Of a stretch of 64,000 bases of DNA, positions 46,630-56,845 are shown piece after piece. Source of the DNA: Candidatus Bathyarchaeota archaeon (GTDB taxonomy: Archaea > Thermoproteota > Bathyarchaeia > Bathyarchaeales > Bathycorpusculaceae); NCBI GenBank assembly GCA_963828195.1, contig CAWHDT010000007.1, positions 96,001 through 160,000 on the forward strand, read 5' to 3'. Made by a program: the position numbers and the translations under genes. Position 1 is the first letter of the stretch; every line of letters starts with the position of its first letter. The notes under the pieces were generated by a model, which saw only the letters and a list, made by a program, of their open reading frames with translations, was not told the DNA's origin and ran no database searches.

Positions 46630-48183
46630 GTGTCACTTATGAGTAACCGCCAACTTGCTTCGCCAAAACAGAGGCGCGGAGAAATAACAACAGATGAAGA
46701 TGTAAACCGCCTTTTTAGCCGCTTGAAAAAAGACAAGCCAGAGCCAGCCGACCCGAAAACAAACCCGTGGTTGGTGAAGCCCTTTAAAGGTGTTATTCGC
46801 GGCGACAAACATCAAAGCAGTTTACCACATGACGTTGAAGTAGAAATACGAAACGGAATGCAGTTTGCCGACTATTTGAACATCGCCAAAAACTCTTACC
46901 TCGCCTTAATCTACACTGATTTTCCCAATGGAGCGCCAAAAAGCGCTAAGACCCTTGCAGACGCAAAAGTCACCGAATACAACAAAACACTCTGTCACCT
47001 TTACATTGTGAAGAAATACGCAAACACAAAAACAGGTGAAATGTCCGACCAAGGTACAATGGTTGATAGGATGGGGCAATACCTCTACATGAAGTTCGGG
47101 CAAAAAGACCCCGCGCTATTCACTTTAGAAGATTTTCAAGAAGCCAAGAAAGACCCGCATTTCTATAACGAGCAAGGGAAAATCAAGTTTGACCCATTAT
47201 CTAAACTACGTTGCATAATGCAGTTCACAGCACTTCAAATTGAAGATTCCCCGCTGTCAAATAGACATTTCCAATTCCTTGAAGGTGACGAATGGGATAC
47301 CGCTGGAAAGAAAACAATCGGAGGCAAAAAAGACGACTATCTCCAAGAGCATGAACTCAAAGCGTTTGTTGAAAACATCAACGAAATTGACACACTCGTA
47401 CTTCACCGCTTAGGGCTGGAAGGTGGCGGAAGAATAAGCAGTCAATTGCTAATGGGTGTAAAATTGCCAAATGGCTATCTTTGTCAAGCATTTTGGGATT
47501 TGAACGCTATTTCAATGTTTGAACCGAAAGTGGAAGAAAGCAAGACAGGTGGAAAAGTAAAACGGTATTTCGCACCCGAAACAATGACGTTTTTCCAGCG
47601 ATACCTAAAAGACTACAACATTTCAGGGCAATGGTTCAAGCGTTACTCCTCAGAAGAACATAACTATGGAAGCTATAGCAGTAGCATTAAATCGGCAGGC
47701 TTTAGAGCGGGAATTTGGCGATTCAAGACATCTAAAAATGCTCAGGAACTTGTTCAAGGGGAAAAATTAGCATCTGACGGCAAGGTTTACAGGCTGAAAG
47801 AAGTAAGCAACAACCAAAAAGGCACTCAGAGCTTCCGTAAACAATGGATAACCGAGGGCAAATTGACAACAACGCACACCGTTATGAAACACACTTTCGT
47901 TAGTCTTGCAGGGCTTCATGGCTTAAGTTTAGATGATTGTGCAGAGCAATGCGGAACCGACCCAACAACCATACGCGACTTTTATCATGGCACATTAGGC
48001 GACAAATTGCGCTCAGTAATCTTAGGCGAAAAAACCTTTGAACCGTGGAAAGATTGGATACACCGATTCGTTGAGCCATTATACACCAAACGATACAATG
48101 AACTTAGAAGCCAAAACAAGATAGCCGTTGACCTCAAAGCAATCGCACAAGAAGAATTAGCTATGGCAGAGGTTGAAGCATAA
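46630..48183 (+). CDS. Divergent tyrosine recombinase/integrase
   Basis: DYLQEHEL...LGLEGGGRISS (box I R), EPK, HTVMKHTFVS..GL.LDDCAEQCGT...DFY (box II with terminal Y). Confidence 0.72.
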   Translation: MSLMSNRQLASPKQRRGEITTDEDVNRLFSRLKKDKPEPADPKTNPWLVKPFKGVIRGDKHQSSLPHDVEVEIRNGMQFADYLNIAKNSYLALIYTDFPNGAPKSAKTLADAKVTEYNKTLCHLYIVKKYANTKTGEMSDQGTMVDRMGQYLYMKFGQKDPALFTLEDFQEAKKDPHFYNEQGKIKFDPLSKLRCIMQFTALQIEDSPLSNRHFQFLEGDEWDTAGKKTIGGKKDDYLQEHELKAFVENINEIDTLVLHRLGLEGGGRISSQLLMGVKLPNGYLCQAFWDLNAISMFEPKVEESKTGGKVKRYFAPETMTFFQRYLKDYNISGQWFKRYSSEEHNYGSYSSSIKSAGFRAGIWRFKTSKNAQELVQGEKLASDGKVYRLKEVSNNQKGTQSFRKQWITEGKLTTTHTVMKHTFVSLAGLHGLSLDDCAEQCGTDPTTIRDFYHGTLGDKLRSVILGEKTFEPWKDWIHRFVEPLYTKRYNELRSQNKIAVDLKAIAQEELAMAEVEA

Positions 48184-48276
48184 ATGTGTAGCCTTGAATG
48201 GGATAGAACCCGAAAAAAAGCCAAACAGGTTAGCCTTCCAAAACTAACCTTCTCTTTTGTGTAGGAAGCGTTTTAC

Positions 48277-48990
48277 ATGGTCGCTGAATTACCAAAAGCC
48301 GTTAGACTCAACACCGATGCTTACTTAGAAGATAGTGATTTAATCAATAAAATACAAGCCGATTTAAATTTAGATAGCCGAAAAGAAGCCATACATTCTA
48401 TTTGCAACTACTATAGAAGCGAATCCGAAAGCGAGGAAACGGAGAAACAAAAATGCCAACACTTGTGCGGGGAATATTGCAGTAAAAACGCTGAGAAAAT
48501 AAAAAAGGTTGATGCGGATTACTGTCAAGCATGTCGGAAATCTCTAAGGGTTTCTCAACGGGAAATTGAAGAAAGAACCGCAAGCCTTGCTGATGCATTG
48601 AGACTTTGGCAATTAAAACGTGACTTCTTTGAGCGATTGGGCGTTGAAAACCCATCCTATTGTAATGAAGAATCATGTATAGCGCAAGGTGACAACATTT
48701 TAGCTCAGTTGGATGCTCAATTTTCAGAACTCAGAAAGCCCTTTGCGAGTACACTTGCAGAGATTGCTAACCTAAAAGCAGAACTTGAAAAGCTTGCACC
48801 GCTCGAAAATGACAACGATTTCCTAAAACAAGAGCTTGAACAGTTGAAGCATGAACCATTAGCCGAAAAGAACGCATGGCTTACAGTTGAAATCCAACAA
48901 AGAAACGCCGAGATAGAGAAGCTCAAAACTGAAAACGCCAAACAAGAAGCAACAATCAACGCCTATATGTTTCAGAGGAAAACCCAATGA
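48277..48990 (+). CDS. Cys-cluster and coiled-coil protein, possible N-terminal RHH
   Basis: CQHLCGEYC, CQAC, long C-terminal heptad repeats. Confidence 0.65.
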   Translation: MVAELPKAVRLNTDAYLEDSDLINKIQADLNLDSRKEAIHSICNYYRSESESEETEKQKCQHLCGEYCSKNAEKIKKVDADYCQACRKSLRVSQREIEERTASLADALRLWQLKRDFFERLGVENPSYCNEESCIAQGDNILAQLDAQFSELRKPFASTLAEIANLKAELEKLAPLENDNDFLKQELEQLKHEPLAEKNAWLTVEIQQRNAEIEKLKTENAKQEATINAYMFQRKTQ

Positions 48991-49778
48991 AATATCTGCT
49001 TTTAGTTCCGCTTCACAACGGCGCGCATCTTTTGCCTTTTTTCTTCGCATCGCTTAGAAGCATGAACCCAAAACCCGACTATATCGTTTGGTATCCCAAC
49101 AACAACACAGACGACACAGTTCAAACGCTAAAAACCTTCCAAGATATTCCGTCTGAAATCATTGAATTCCCTGATTTTCCGAGTGATTTTGCCAAACAAA
49201 ACGGTGCGTATGAAGCTATAAGCATTGTTCGCCAGCGTCTCTGGGAACGTGCCAGAGAACTCAATAGCGAATGGACGTTTATGTGCGACCAAGACCACTT
49301 TACCGTTTCACCTGACCTAATCGACATACTAAGCACTTGGAACGTTGACTTTGTTGTCACTCCCCAAATGCGTTTATGCCTTAATACGCAACCCCCAGAA
49401 ACAAGCTTAGACGCATGGTATTCTCTGAATGGAAAAGTAATGAAAGCGCACCCCAAGTTTTACACTCATGACCTAATTCCTCACAAACTAACCGTCTGTC
49501 GCATCGCAGAAGTACCAAAAGTACCTCTAATGCCAAACATGAAATTGGTACACGGATTTTACTGTTTCAGCCGTCGAATAGTACAAGACCGCCGTCAAAA
49601 TTGGAATCCTATGCTACCAACTGAATCAATCTATTATAGCGATGATACTGCGTTTGCTTACAGCGCCAGAAAACTCGGCTACATTATACACTGTGATGGC
49701 ATTGGCATCATCGACCATCTAATCTATGATGGAATAAGAGGGAAAGAAGTTTGGGAGCGCCGTTACATTGTTGTCTAA
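48987..49778 (+). CDS. GT-A fold (GT2-like) glycosyltransferase
   Basis: LLVPLHNGAHLL, NNNTDDT, FMCDQD (DxD), SDD.AF, IHCD...DH. Confidence 0.7.
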   Translation: MKYLLLVPLHNGAHLLPFFFASLRSMNPKPDYIVWYPNNNTDDTVQTLKTFQDIPSEIIEFPDFPSDFAKQNGAYEAISIVRQRLWERARELNSEWTFMCDQDHFTVSPDLIDILSTWNVDFVVTPQMRLCLNTQPPETSLDAWYSLNGKVMKAHPKFYTHDLIPHKLTVCRIAEVPKVPLMPNMKLVHGFYCFSRRIVQDRRQNWNPMLPTESIYYSDDTAFAYSARKLGYIIHCDGIGIIDHLIYDGIRGKEVWERRYIVV

Positions 49779-49782
49779 CACA

Positions 49783-49947
49783 ATGACGCCACAACAGCAA
49801 GAAACCCCTTTTTGGACTCAATACACTGCCAAATTTAGAGAAGAATACATATGCTTAAAATGCAAAAAGATAACCAATGAAAAAACCGAAAATTGCCCTG
49901 ATTGCGGCGGCGCTATGTGCGTTAGAATAGTCTCGCAAAGACTTTAA
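49783..49947 (+). CDS. Zinc-ribbon protein (54 aa)
   Basis: Below the track cutoff: ...YICLKCKKITNEKTENCPDCGGAM... Confidence 0.7.
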   Translation: MTPQQQETPFWTQYTAKFREEYICLKCKKITNEKTENCPDCGGAMCVRIVSQRL

Positions 49948-49972
49948 AGCCAAAACAACCTATTCCTTTTTT

Positions 49973-50239
49973 ATGGTTTCCAAAAAAACAAACGAACCTA
50001 TTTCAACCGAAAATACATCTGACTTGTCATATCTTGAGGGCAAAGTGACAATTACAAATATTCACCCTTTCCAGCGGCAGGGTTTTAAATGTCCTCATTG
50101 TGGCAGTAAGACTGAAATACTATATGTTGAAGACAAAAACGTTTACTTAGTGTGTGCTGGATGCGATAAGGACAAAGGATACGCTCCTTTTGTCGAGGGC
50201 AAACTAATTTTCAAAGGTGAAGGAATAAGAAAGCAGTAA
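49973..50239 (+). CDS. Zinc-finger protein
   Basis: FKCPHCG...LVCAGCD. Confidence 0.7.
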   Translation: MVSKKTNEPISTENTSDLSYLEGKVTITNIHPFQRQGFKCPHCGSKTEILYVEDKNVYLVCAGCDKDKGYAPFVEGKLIFKGEGIRKQ

Positions 50240-50250
50240 TAACTTAAACT

Positions 50251-51003
50251 GTGATTTGGATAAAACTACGCAAAAAGGAGCAAGTGCAAGTAAAGATGAA
50301 TGAAGATAAGGGGCTTTCAATAGCTAAATCTAAACTGAATTTTCAGGGCGTGGTTGAGCTTCAAAAGAACCCGAAACTTTCTGACAACGCATCCACAGAA
50401 TCAAACTATGACTGTTCATATCACTGGATACGCTATAGGGAACAACTTAGTGATAATACTCTTTTTCATGAAGCTTGCCATGTCAAACTAAATGAAATAG
50501 GATTCAAAACGGTAGAACTGAGACTGGCTTCAAACAAAGACAGCTTTTCAGAGCTATCTTTGAAATTGGTTGCTGAAGCCTATGCAGACAGACTGTGCTT
50601 TGTATTTTTCAATGAGGCAGCCGAAGAAGTGCGTGAATGTTACTCAAAAATAGCCTATGGCAACCCCCTCACCATAAAGAACGCTTTAAATCCCCAAAAT
50701 TTAGGTGCCAGATTGTTATTCTTTGGCATGGCTCCTAGCTACATTATTGCTGAGAAGTGGAGCGGAAATAGAGACCCTCAAATAGTTATTAGCGCAAATT
50801 TTAAAGTAGTTTTGAAAAGGGGCAAATGTCTTGAATGTTTTGACGAGATGCTTAGAATAATGGCTCATCTCCCCCAAGTAAAAATTCAGGATGACTCAAT
50901 TCTTCAGTTTGCCGCTTCAGATTTAGACCGCATATACGTTTGCGTAGTTCAGCTTATAAGACAGCTTAAACGCCTAAATGATATGTTCAAAGTTGCTTCC
51001 TAA
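50251..51003 (+). CDS. HExxH (zincin-like) hypothetical protein
   Basis: TLFHEACHVKL...VAEAYAD. Confidence 0.55.
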   Translation: MIWIKLRKKEQVQVKMNEDKGLSIAKSKLNFQGVVELQKNPKLSDNASTESNYDCSYHWIRYREQLSDNTLFHEACHVKLNEIGFKTVELRLASNKDSFSELSLKLVAEAYADRLCFVFFNEAAEEVRECYSKIAYGNPLTIKNALNPQNLGARLLFFGMAPSYIIAEKWSGNRDPQIVISANFKVVLKRGKCLECFDEMLRIMAHLPQVKIQDDSILQFAASDLDRIYVCVVQLIRQLKRLNDMFKVAS

Positions 51004-51041
51004 AAAGCAGGGGTACCCCTTTAAGCGCCTTCGGCGCACGC

Positions 51042-52409
51042 TTATTTTTGAAGTGACTTTTGGTTTAGGAAGTGTTCACCCCGACGCAAAAAAACGGTTG
51101 TAATTGTCACAATCGCAAAGATGCTTAGAATTGCAAGTGTGCAATTAGGTACTTCTGGAACAATAGAAGTCGGCGTTGGAGAAATAGAAGTTGAAGGAGT
51201 AAGCGTAGAGTTAGGTGTTGGTGTCAGTATTGGGAGACTCGGGGCTTGAGGATTAAGAGCTGATAAAAAGGGAGTGAAGTTTACCGTGCCCAAATTAGAA
51301 TCGTTCTTAAAGTCATAGATTGTCTGGCTGATTGCTTGAGTGTCAGTTGTTCCCCACCAATTGTTAGTAGCATCAACATTGGCAGAGGTTCCTAATTCCA
51401 TATTATAGCTGTTGCCATAGGGGCCGGTGTTGCCGTAAATGTTATTATCAGCAATTATTGGCGAATAAAGGTTTTCAACGAAAATTCCAACAGAATTATT
51501 GACAATAGTGTTGTCTTGAATTACGGAACTACTTAGACTGTTAGGATCATCGACGACAATACCCTCATAGCTGCCGGTAATTAGATTTCTCTCAATTGAT
51601 GCCTGCCCGCTTGTGCCCAACGTTTCTAACGTAATTCCTGCTGTGGTAAAATCTTCCTCTTCGGCTATTTGGGCATCAGAAATAGTATTATCGGTTATGG
51701 TTGAAGTCACATCAACGTTATTATCGTTAAACATATGAAGAGTGATAGATCCTTGCACCATGCTGTTATTAGAAACTGTAGATGACCCACCAAGTAAATC
51801 AACATCAGTACTTGTGATATTGTTATTTGTTATTACAGGTGAACCGCCCGAAAAAGCCATGTCGAAGCCCCCAATTATAGTGTTATCGCTGATTTTGACT
51901 GAATTTTCCGCGTTTATGTTAGTCAAATTAATTATCGAGTTTTCTATTATGGATTCTGAACTGGTTTGACCAAAGAATATCCAGGGATGAATTGGGAAAA
52001 GTAACCCATTCTGGTACCCAGTGGAACCATTTATGACAATTGGGTTTGCAGCCGTTCCAATCGCGTCTAAAACACCGTTAACTGTTATTTTTGCGTTAAA
52101 TGTTTCAAGATTAATGGTCACGCCAGGCTGAATTATTAGCGTGCCATTCACTTCCAAGTTGTAAGAACTGTTAATATTTACCGTTATTCCTGATTCAATG
52201 GTTAAAGTAACGCCATTATTTACAAAGAGATTTGCCGTCAGGTTGTACGGACTGTTTGCTTGAGTCCACATTGTATCTGAGCTGATTATTCCACTTTCAT
52301 TTGTGCCACTCTGAGCTAATCCAAAAGGAACAAAGTCAATTAAAGTCACACCTGATAAAGCCAGTAATAGAAACAGAATTAAGGCAAAAACCTTACTTGA
52401 ACTTCCCAT
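51042..52409 (-). CDS. Secreted right-handed beta-helix surface protein with VPE/PEF-like C-terminal sorting signal
   Basis: Signal peptide, WTQANSPY, VTLTIE.G, I..N.I repeats, DATNNWWG, PT linker, VPEVP-TM-RR. Confidence 0.85.
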   Translation of the reverse strand: MGSSSKVFALILFLLLALSGVTLIDFVPFGLAQSGTNESGIISSDTMWTQANSPYNLTANLFVNNGVTLTIESGITVNINSSYNLEVNGTLIIQPGVTINLETFNAKITVNGVLDAIGTAANPIVINGSTGYQNGLLFPIHPWIFFGQTSSESIIENSIINLTNINAENSVKISDNTIIGGFDMAFSGGSPVITNNNITSTDVDLLGGSSTVSNNSMVQGSITLHMFNDNNVDVTSTITDNTISDAQIAEEEDFTTAGITLETLGTSGQASIERNLITGSYEGIVVDDPNSLSSSVIQDNTIVNNSVGIFVENLYSPIIADNNIYGNTGPYGNSYNMELGTSANVDATNNWWGTTDTQAISQTIYDFKNDSNLGTVNFTPFLSALNPQAPSLPILTPTPNSTLTPSTSISPTPTSIVPEVPNCTLAILSIFAIVTITTVFLRRGEHFLNQKSLQK

Positions 52410-52586
52410 AATAGCACTTAGAACCTGTTTACGATAAAAGGCTATTCGTAAAAGTTCTTTGACTGAACTTTGTCAAAGTTTCTTGACTGAGAATTGGTCT
52501 ATCACTAAAAGTATTTTAAAATTGGTTTTTGTTTTTTTGAAATCTTTAACTATTTCTTGTCTAATCAGTTTACAGAGTGATTAGTT

Positions 52587-54131
52587 ATGGAGTTAAAGGT
52601 TGAACTCTTACCGATAATTACTGGCGGAAGCAGAATCGCCATCATCAGCGAAAAAAGCGCCAACTATTTGGACATGCACAGCTCCGACAGAATACGAATA
52701 AAATACGGCAACCAAGAAATGATTGCCATCGCAAACATCGCAGAATATTTTTCAGATAAACGCATCGGGCTCTACGATGAAACAGCCAAAGCGCTCGGCG
52801 TAAAAGAGGACGAAACCGTTACGGTGCAGTTGGCTCCACTTCCTGAGTCACTTTTCAACGTGAGAGCCAAACTACATGGGGAGCGTCTCCGCGAAAACGA
52901 CATTGTCACTATCGTTAAGGATGTGGTTGAGCGGCATTTGAGCGCTTCTGAAATATCTGCTTTCCTAACCGCCCTTAGCATTTACGGGTTAAGTGCAAGC
53001 GAAAATGAAGCCTTATCAAGAGCTATGGTTGCAACGGGTAAAACCATAAGTTTCGGCGAAGGACCCATCCTTGACAAGCACAGCGTCGGCGGAATCCCAG
53101 GCGACAAAACATCTATGCTGGTTGTGCCAATTGTGGCTGCTGCAGGATTCACCATTCCTAAAACATCCTCGCGAGCAATCACTTCACCTGCGGGAACAGC
53201 AGATCGAGTGGAAACACTCTGCCCAGTGAACCTTGGCATAGACGAGATTAAGGGTGTGGTGGCGAAGACGGGCGGATGCTTGGTTTGGGGCGGAGCTTTG
53301 GAGCTTGCGCCAGCCGATGACCTGTTCATTCAGGTTGAGTACCCTTTGGGAATTGACCCTATGCTGTTGCCCTCAATTCTTAGCAAGAAGAAAGCCATGG
53401 GCGCCACGCACGTCGCGATTGATATTCCAACGGGGATGGGAGCTAAAATCAAAACGCGAACGGAAGCTTACACTTTGGCATCGGATTTTGTGGATTTGGG
53501 GAAGCGGCTGGGCTTGAACATTCAGTGCGCATTGACGTTTGGTGATCAACCGCTTGGCTGCTGCATTGGACCTGCCCTTGAAGCGGGAGAAGCGCTGACG
53601 ACTCTTATGGGCGGTGGACCGCCTGATTTGAGGGACAAAGCCGTTAGCTTGGCAGGGATGCTTTTTGAGATGGTTGGAGTTGAGGATGGGCGCGCTAAGG
53701 CTGAGGAGATGCTTGATTCGGGCAAAGCTGAGGCGAAGATGCGGGAGATCATTGCGGCGCAGGGCGGAAATTCTAAGGTGAAGCCCAACGATTTGCCTGT
53801 GGGGACAAAGGTGGCTGAGGTGCGGTCTGATCGGGCTGGCAAGGTCATATGGATAAGCACGGATGACATTGTGCGGATTGCACGCGAGGCAGGAACGCCT
53901 AAAGAGAAGGGCGCGGGCATGGTGCTGCATGCGAAGCTTGGGGAAAACGTGCATAAAGGCGATGTGCTGTTTGAGGTCTACGCTGAGCGTAGCAGCAAGT
54001 TGGAGTCGGCGCTGGAGCTTGCAAAACAATTGTCGCCGGTCGCGTTAACTAAAAAGCCAGCGGAAAAAATGATTCTGGACCAGGTACCTGAAAAGCTCGC
54101 GCACAAAAAATCGTTCATGTTAGACCGATAA
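52587..54131 (+). CDS. deoA: AMP phosphorylase (thymidine phosphorylase family, with archaeal N-terminal extension)
   Basis: DKHSVGGIPGDKT, PKTSSRAITSPAGTAD, LAPADD, SILSKK, IGPALEA. Confidence 0.93.
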   Translation: MELKVELLPIITGGSRIAIISEKSANYLDMHSSDRIRIKYGNQEMIAIANIAEYFSDKRIGLYDETAKALGVKEDETVTVQLAPLPESLFNVRAKLHGERLRENDIVTIVKDVVERHLSASEISAFLTALSIYGLSASENEALSRAMVATGKTISFGEGPILDKHSVGGIPGDKTSMLVVPIVAAAGFTIPKTSSRAITSPAGTADRVETLCPVNLGIDEIKGVVAKTGGCLVWGGALELAPADDLFIQVEYPLGIDPMLLPSILSKKKAMGATHVAIDIPTGMGAKIKTRTEAYTLASDFVDLGKRLGLNIQCALTFGDQPLGCCIGPALEAGEALTTLMGGGPPDLRDKAVSLAGMLFEMVGVEDGRAKAEEMLDSGKAEAKMREIIAAQGGNSKVKPNDLPVGTKVAEVRSDRAGKVIWISTDDIVRIAREAGTPKEKGAGMVLHAKLGENVHKGDVLFEVYAERSSKLESALELAKQLSPVALTKKPAEKMILDQVPEKLAHKKSFMLDR

Positions 54132-54537
54132 GCCGCCGCTCAACACGGCTTAATTAGCTAAGCCAAAAGGGTACCATTTTTGCTGGTGGAACACTCAACC
54201 TAAAAGAATGCGTTAAGCGTCTGAAAACATCATTAATGGTTCTCTTCGGCTTGCATAATTTTTCCGATTATCGCAGATTATTAGAAGCAATCTTCGCCTT
54301 TACCCTTTATAACCTGATTTAAGCCCTAAACCAAGAGAATCAGCTTAAAACATGCCCTGAACTGGGTCTACCTATAGACCTACCTAGTATTTACACCAAA
54401 AAAACAACGCAAATATGGCAAGAAGAAGAAGAAAAATTGTTTTCATCCAGCTTCTTCTTCTTTTAAAAAAATATTGCCGAGAAGAACAACAGTTGCTTCC
54501 CAAGTGTTGTTGTTCTTTCAAAATGAAAGTTGGTGGG

Positions 54538-54963
54538 TTATGGGTTTGTTTGTCTTGTGGCTATGATGAACAGTCCGCCGACGATGCCAAGGATTGCGCC
54601 TATGAAGAAGCCGCCCATGCCGACAAAGCTTACGGCTGAGAACACGATGATAACTGTCGCCCAAATCAGGTGCTCTTGCGGATGAACTCTTAGCATGATG
54701 GAGCTCATCAACACGACGACGCCGCAGATCACTGCCACCAACGAAACTCCAGCAAGAAAACCATACGAGCCGCCGTAGTTGCCCATGAAGCCGTGGTAGC
54801 CATTCATCAGTCCGCCAACGAAGCTGCCGTATCCCCCGAAGTTTGGAGCGCCATAGCTGTACCAGAGCACGTTTATTGTGCTTGCTATGAATGTGATTAA
54901 GCCTCCGACAAGGGAGACGATGAAGGCGAATGTTGTTCCTGTATTTGTTGCCATAGTTTTCAC
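54538..54963 (-). CDS. Hypothetical Gly-rich membrane protein
   Basis: Four TMs; GGFFIGAILGIVGG. Confidence 0.65.
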   Translation of the reverse strand: MKTMATNTGTTFAFIVSLVGGLITFIASTINVLWYSYGAPNFGGYGSFVGGLMNGYHGFMGNYGGSYGFLAGVSLVAVICGVVVLMSSIMLRVHPQEHLIWATVIIVFSAVSFVGMGGFFIGAILGIVGGLFIIATRQTNP

Positions 54964-54964
54964 C

Positions 54965-56722
54965 TCACAGAAATCTCCTGGGGTCAGTATCTATATCCAC
55001 TATCGCTGGCTTAGGGGACGAAAGCGCTTTGTCCACGGCTGCTTCCAGTTCGCTTGGTTCAGTAACTTTGATTCCCAATCCGCCTGAATGCTCAGCGAAA
55101 TCAGCGAAATTATAATCGAACAAGTCAGTTTGCCAACCTTCGAAGCCCTCGACCTTTTGCTCCTGCATAATCATGGCTAAATGCTTGTTGTTTATGACAA
55201 AAACCTTAACGGGTAAATTGTACTTCAGAGCAGTTAAGAAGTCGCCTAGAACCATTGTTAACCCGCCATCGCCGGTTAAACAGATAATTTGCCTGCCGGG
55301 GTAAACCAGCGCCGCCGCCAAAGCTCCTGGCAAACCAAACCCCATTGTAGCCAAAGTGCCCGTCATCACCATCTTCTGCGACTTCTTCATCATAAAGTTC
55401 CTGCCGAACCACCAGCAGTTCTCGCCAACATCAAGAGAAATCACTGCGTCATCGGAGATTTTCTGGTTCAAAACTTTCATTATGTATTGTGGCCGAATGG
55501 GTTTCATGGTTGAATTGACTTCTTTTTCCAGCTGGTTTAGCCAATCCTGCTTTAACCTTGCAATTTCAGCCAAGTAATCATTGTTCTGCTTCGGCTGCAC
55601 CTTCTCGGTTAACTTGGGAATAAGCACTGCGCTGTTGCCAAGCAATCCAGCTTCAACCGGGTACCTGCGCGCAATCATAAGCGGGTTAATATCAATTTGA
55701 ACGGTTTTTTTCTGTGGAATCTGCGATAGGTCAGCGAACGAGGATCCGATTGCTATTAGCAAATCCGCTTTCCTCATAAGTTCTGCTGAGGCAGTTGAAC
55801 CGATGCCGCCGTGGCATCCAACATAGAGAAGCTCATGTTCATCAACGACGCCTTTTGCCCTGAAAGTCGCCATGATCGGCGCAGAAATCTTCGCTGCCAA
55901 CTTGAGCAGCTTGTTGCCTTGGCCTCGACAGCCAAAACCTGCAAGAATCACAGGTCTAGCCGCTTGGTCAACAAGCGCTGCTGCCTTTTCAATCAGCCAA
56001 TCCTCCTGCCCATAAGCTAAATTAGGCATTCTGCCCTCAAACGGCAAAATCTGCGCTTCATACGGAAGCTTCTGCACGTCATTGGGAATCCCAATGTGCG
56101 AAACGCCCTGATCCAAAAGCGCATGTTTAATCGCCAACGTCGCCAGAGTAGTTGTTTGGTCTTCAGACATCAAAATCTTGTTAAAAACGCAGATCGGCTC
56201 AAAAAAGGCAGCCTGATCAATCTCCTGGATTGACCCCGGACCCATCAATTGCCTAGCCACCAAACCAGTCAACGCCAAAACTGGGGCGTGATCAAGCTTC
56301 GCGTCGTACAAGCCAGTCGCCAAATTCGTCGCGCCTGGACCCGAAATCCCAAGACAAGCTGCAACGTGCCCGGTGAGTTTGCCGTAGGCTGAAGCCATGA
56401 AAGCTGCGGTCTGCTCATGCCGCACCTGAATGTACTTTACTTTGCCGTTGGTTTTCCGTATCGCATCCACCACACCCAACGTTGATGTGCCAGGAATACC
56501 AAAAACGTATTGTACTCCCCACTCGGCAATTTGGTTTATCAGAACTTGCGAAACCGTGTGCTCAGCCTTTTTCTCCTCCACCTGTTCAGTCAACAACACG
56601 AAAACCGATTTAGGCGCGCCGCAAACGGGGCACACCCATTCTTTAGGCAAATCACTAAACTTCTTTCCCTCTTTAACTTCATCATAAACGTAGTTGCAGA
56701 CCGTGCACCTGTACCTCGCCAT
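54965..56722 (-). CDS. Rubredoxin-fused TPP enzyme (pyruvate oxidase/PoxB-like)
   Basis: [11 protein letters not shown]...WVCPVCG; [26 protein letters not shown]...N TPP motif. Confidence 0.88.
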   Translation of the reverse strand: MARYRCTVCNYVYDEVKEGKKFSDLPKEWVCPVCGAPKSVFVLLTEQVEEKKAEHTVSQVLINQIAEWGVQYVFGIPGTSTLGVVDAIRKTNGKVKYIQVRHEQTAAFMASAYGKLTGHVAACLGISGPGATNLATGLYDAKLDHAPVLALTGLVARQLMGPGSIQEIDQAAFFEPICVFNKILMSEDQTTTLATLAIKHALLDQGVSHIGIPNDVQKLPYEAQILPFEGRMPNLAYGQEDWLIEKAAALVDQAARPVILAGFGCRGQGNKLLKLAAKISAPIMATFRAKGVVDEHELLYVGCHGGIGSTASAELMRKADLLIAIGSSFADLSQIPQKKTVQIDINPLMIARRYPVEAGLLGNSAVLIPKLTEKVQPKQNNDYLAEIARLKQDWLNQLEKEVNSTMKPIRPQYIMKVLNQKISDDAVISLDVGENCWWFGRNFMMKKSQKMVMTGTLATMGFGLPGALAAALVYPGRQIICLTGDGGLTMVLGDFLTALKYNLPVKVFVINNKHLAMIMQEQKVEGFEGWQTDLFDYNFADFAEHSGGLGIKVTEPSELEAAVDKALSSPKPAIVDIDTDPRRFL

Positions 56723-56845
56723 AATTAACCCTCAAAAAACGTCCTAATAGAATTAAATCGATTCGCCCTTATCAGTGTATTGGAGTTAACCAAAAACAAT
56801 CCGAACAATTCATAAACTTCCCTGATTCACTATTTCTTTGAAGAG

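Larger units (their letters stand above)
42335..51020. mobile_element. Integrated plasmid- or virus-like element (about 8.7 kb; boundaries approximate)
   Basis: Tyrosine recombinase, iteron-like repeats, RHH/AbrB/wHTH regulators, many short orphan ORFs, Zn-fingers, visibly AT-rich stretches; interrupts the RuBisCO-AMP phosphorylase neighbourhood. Confidence 0.75.

Noticed and set aside
54415-54639. 74-aa ORF MARRRRKIVF...
   Set aside because: Arises from gaa/ctt hairpin repeats and overlaps the convergent gene; the composition is not convincing.
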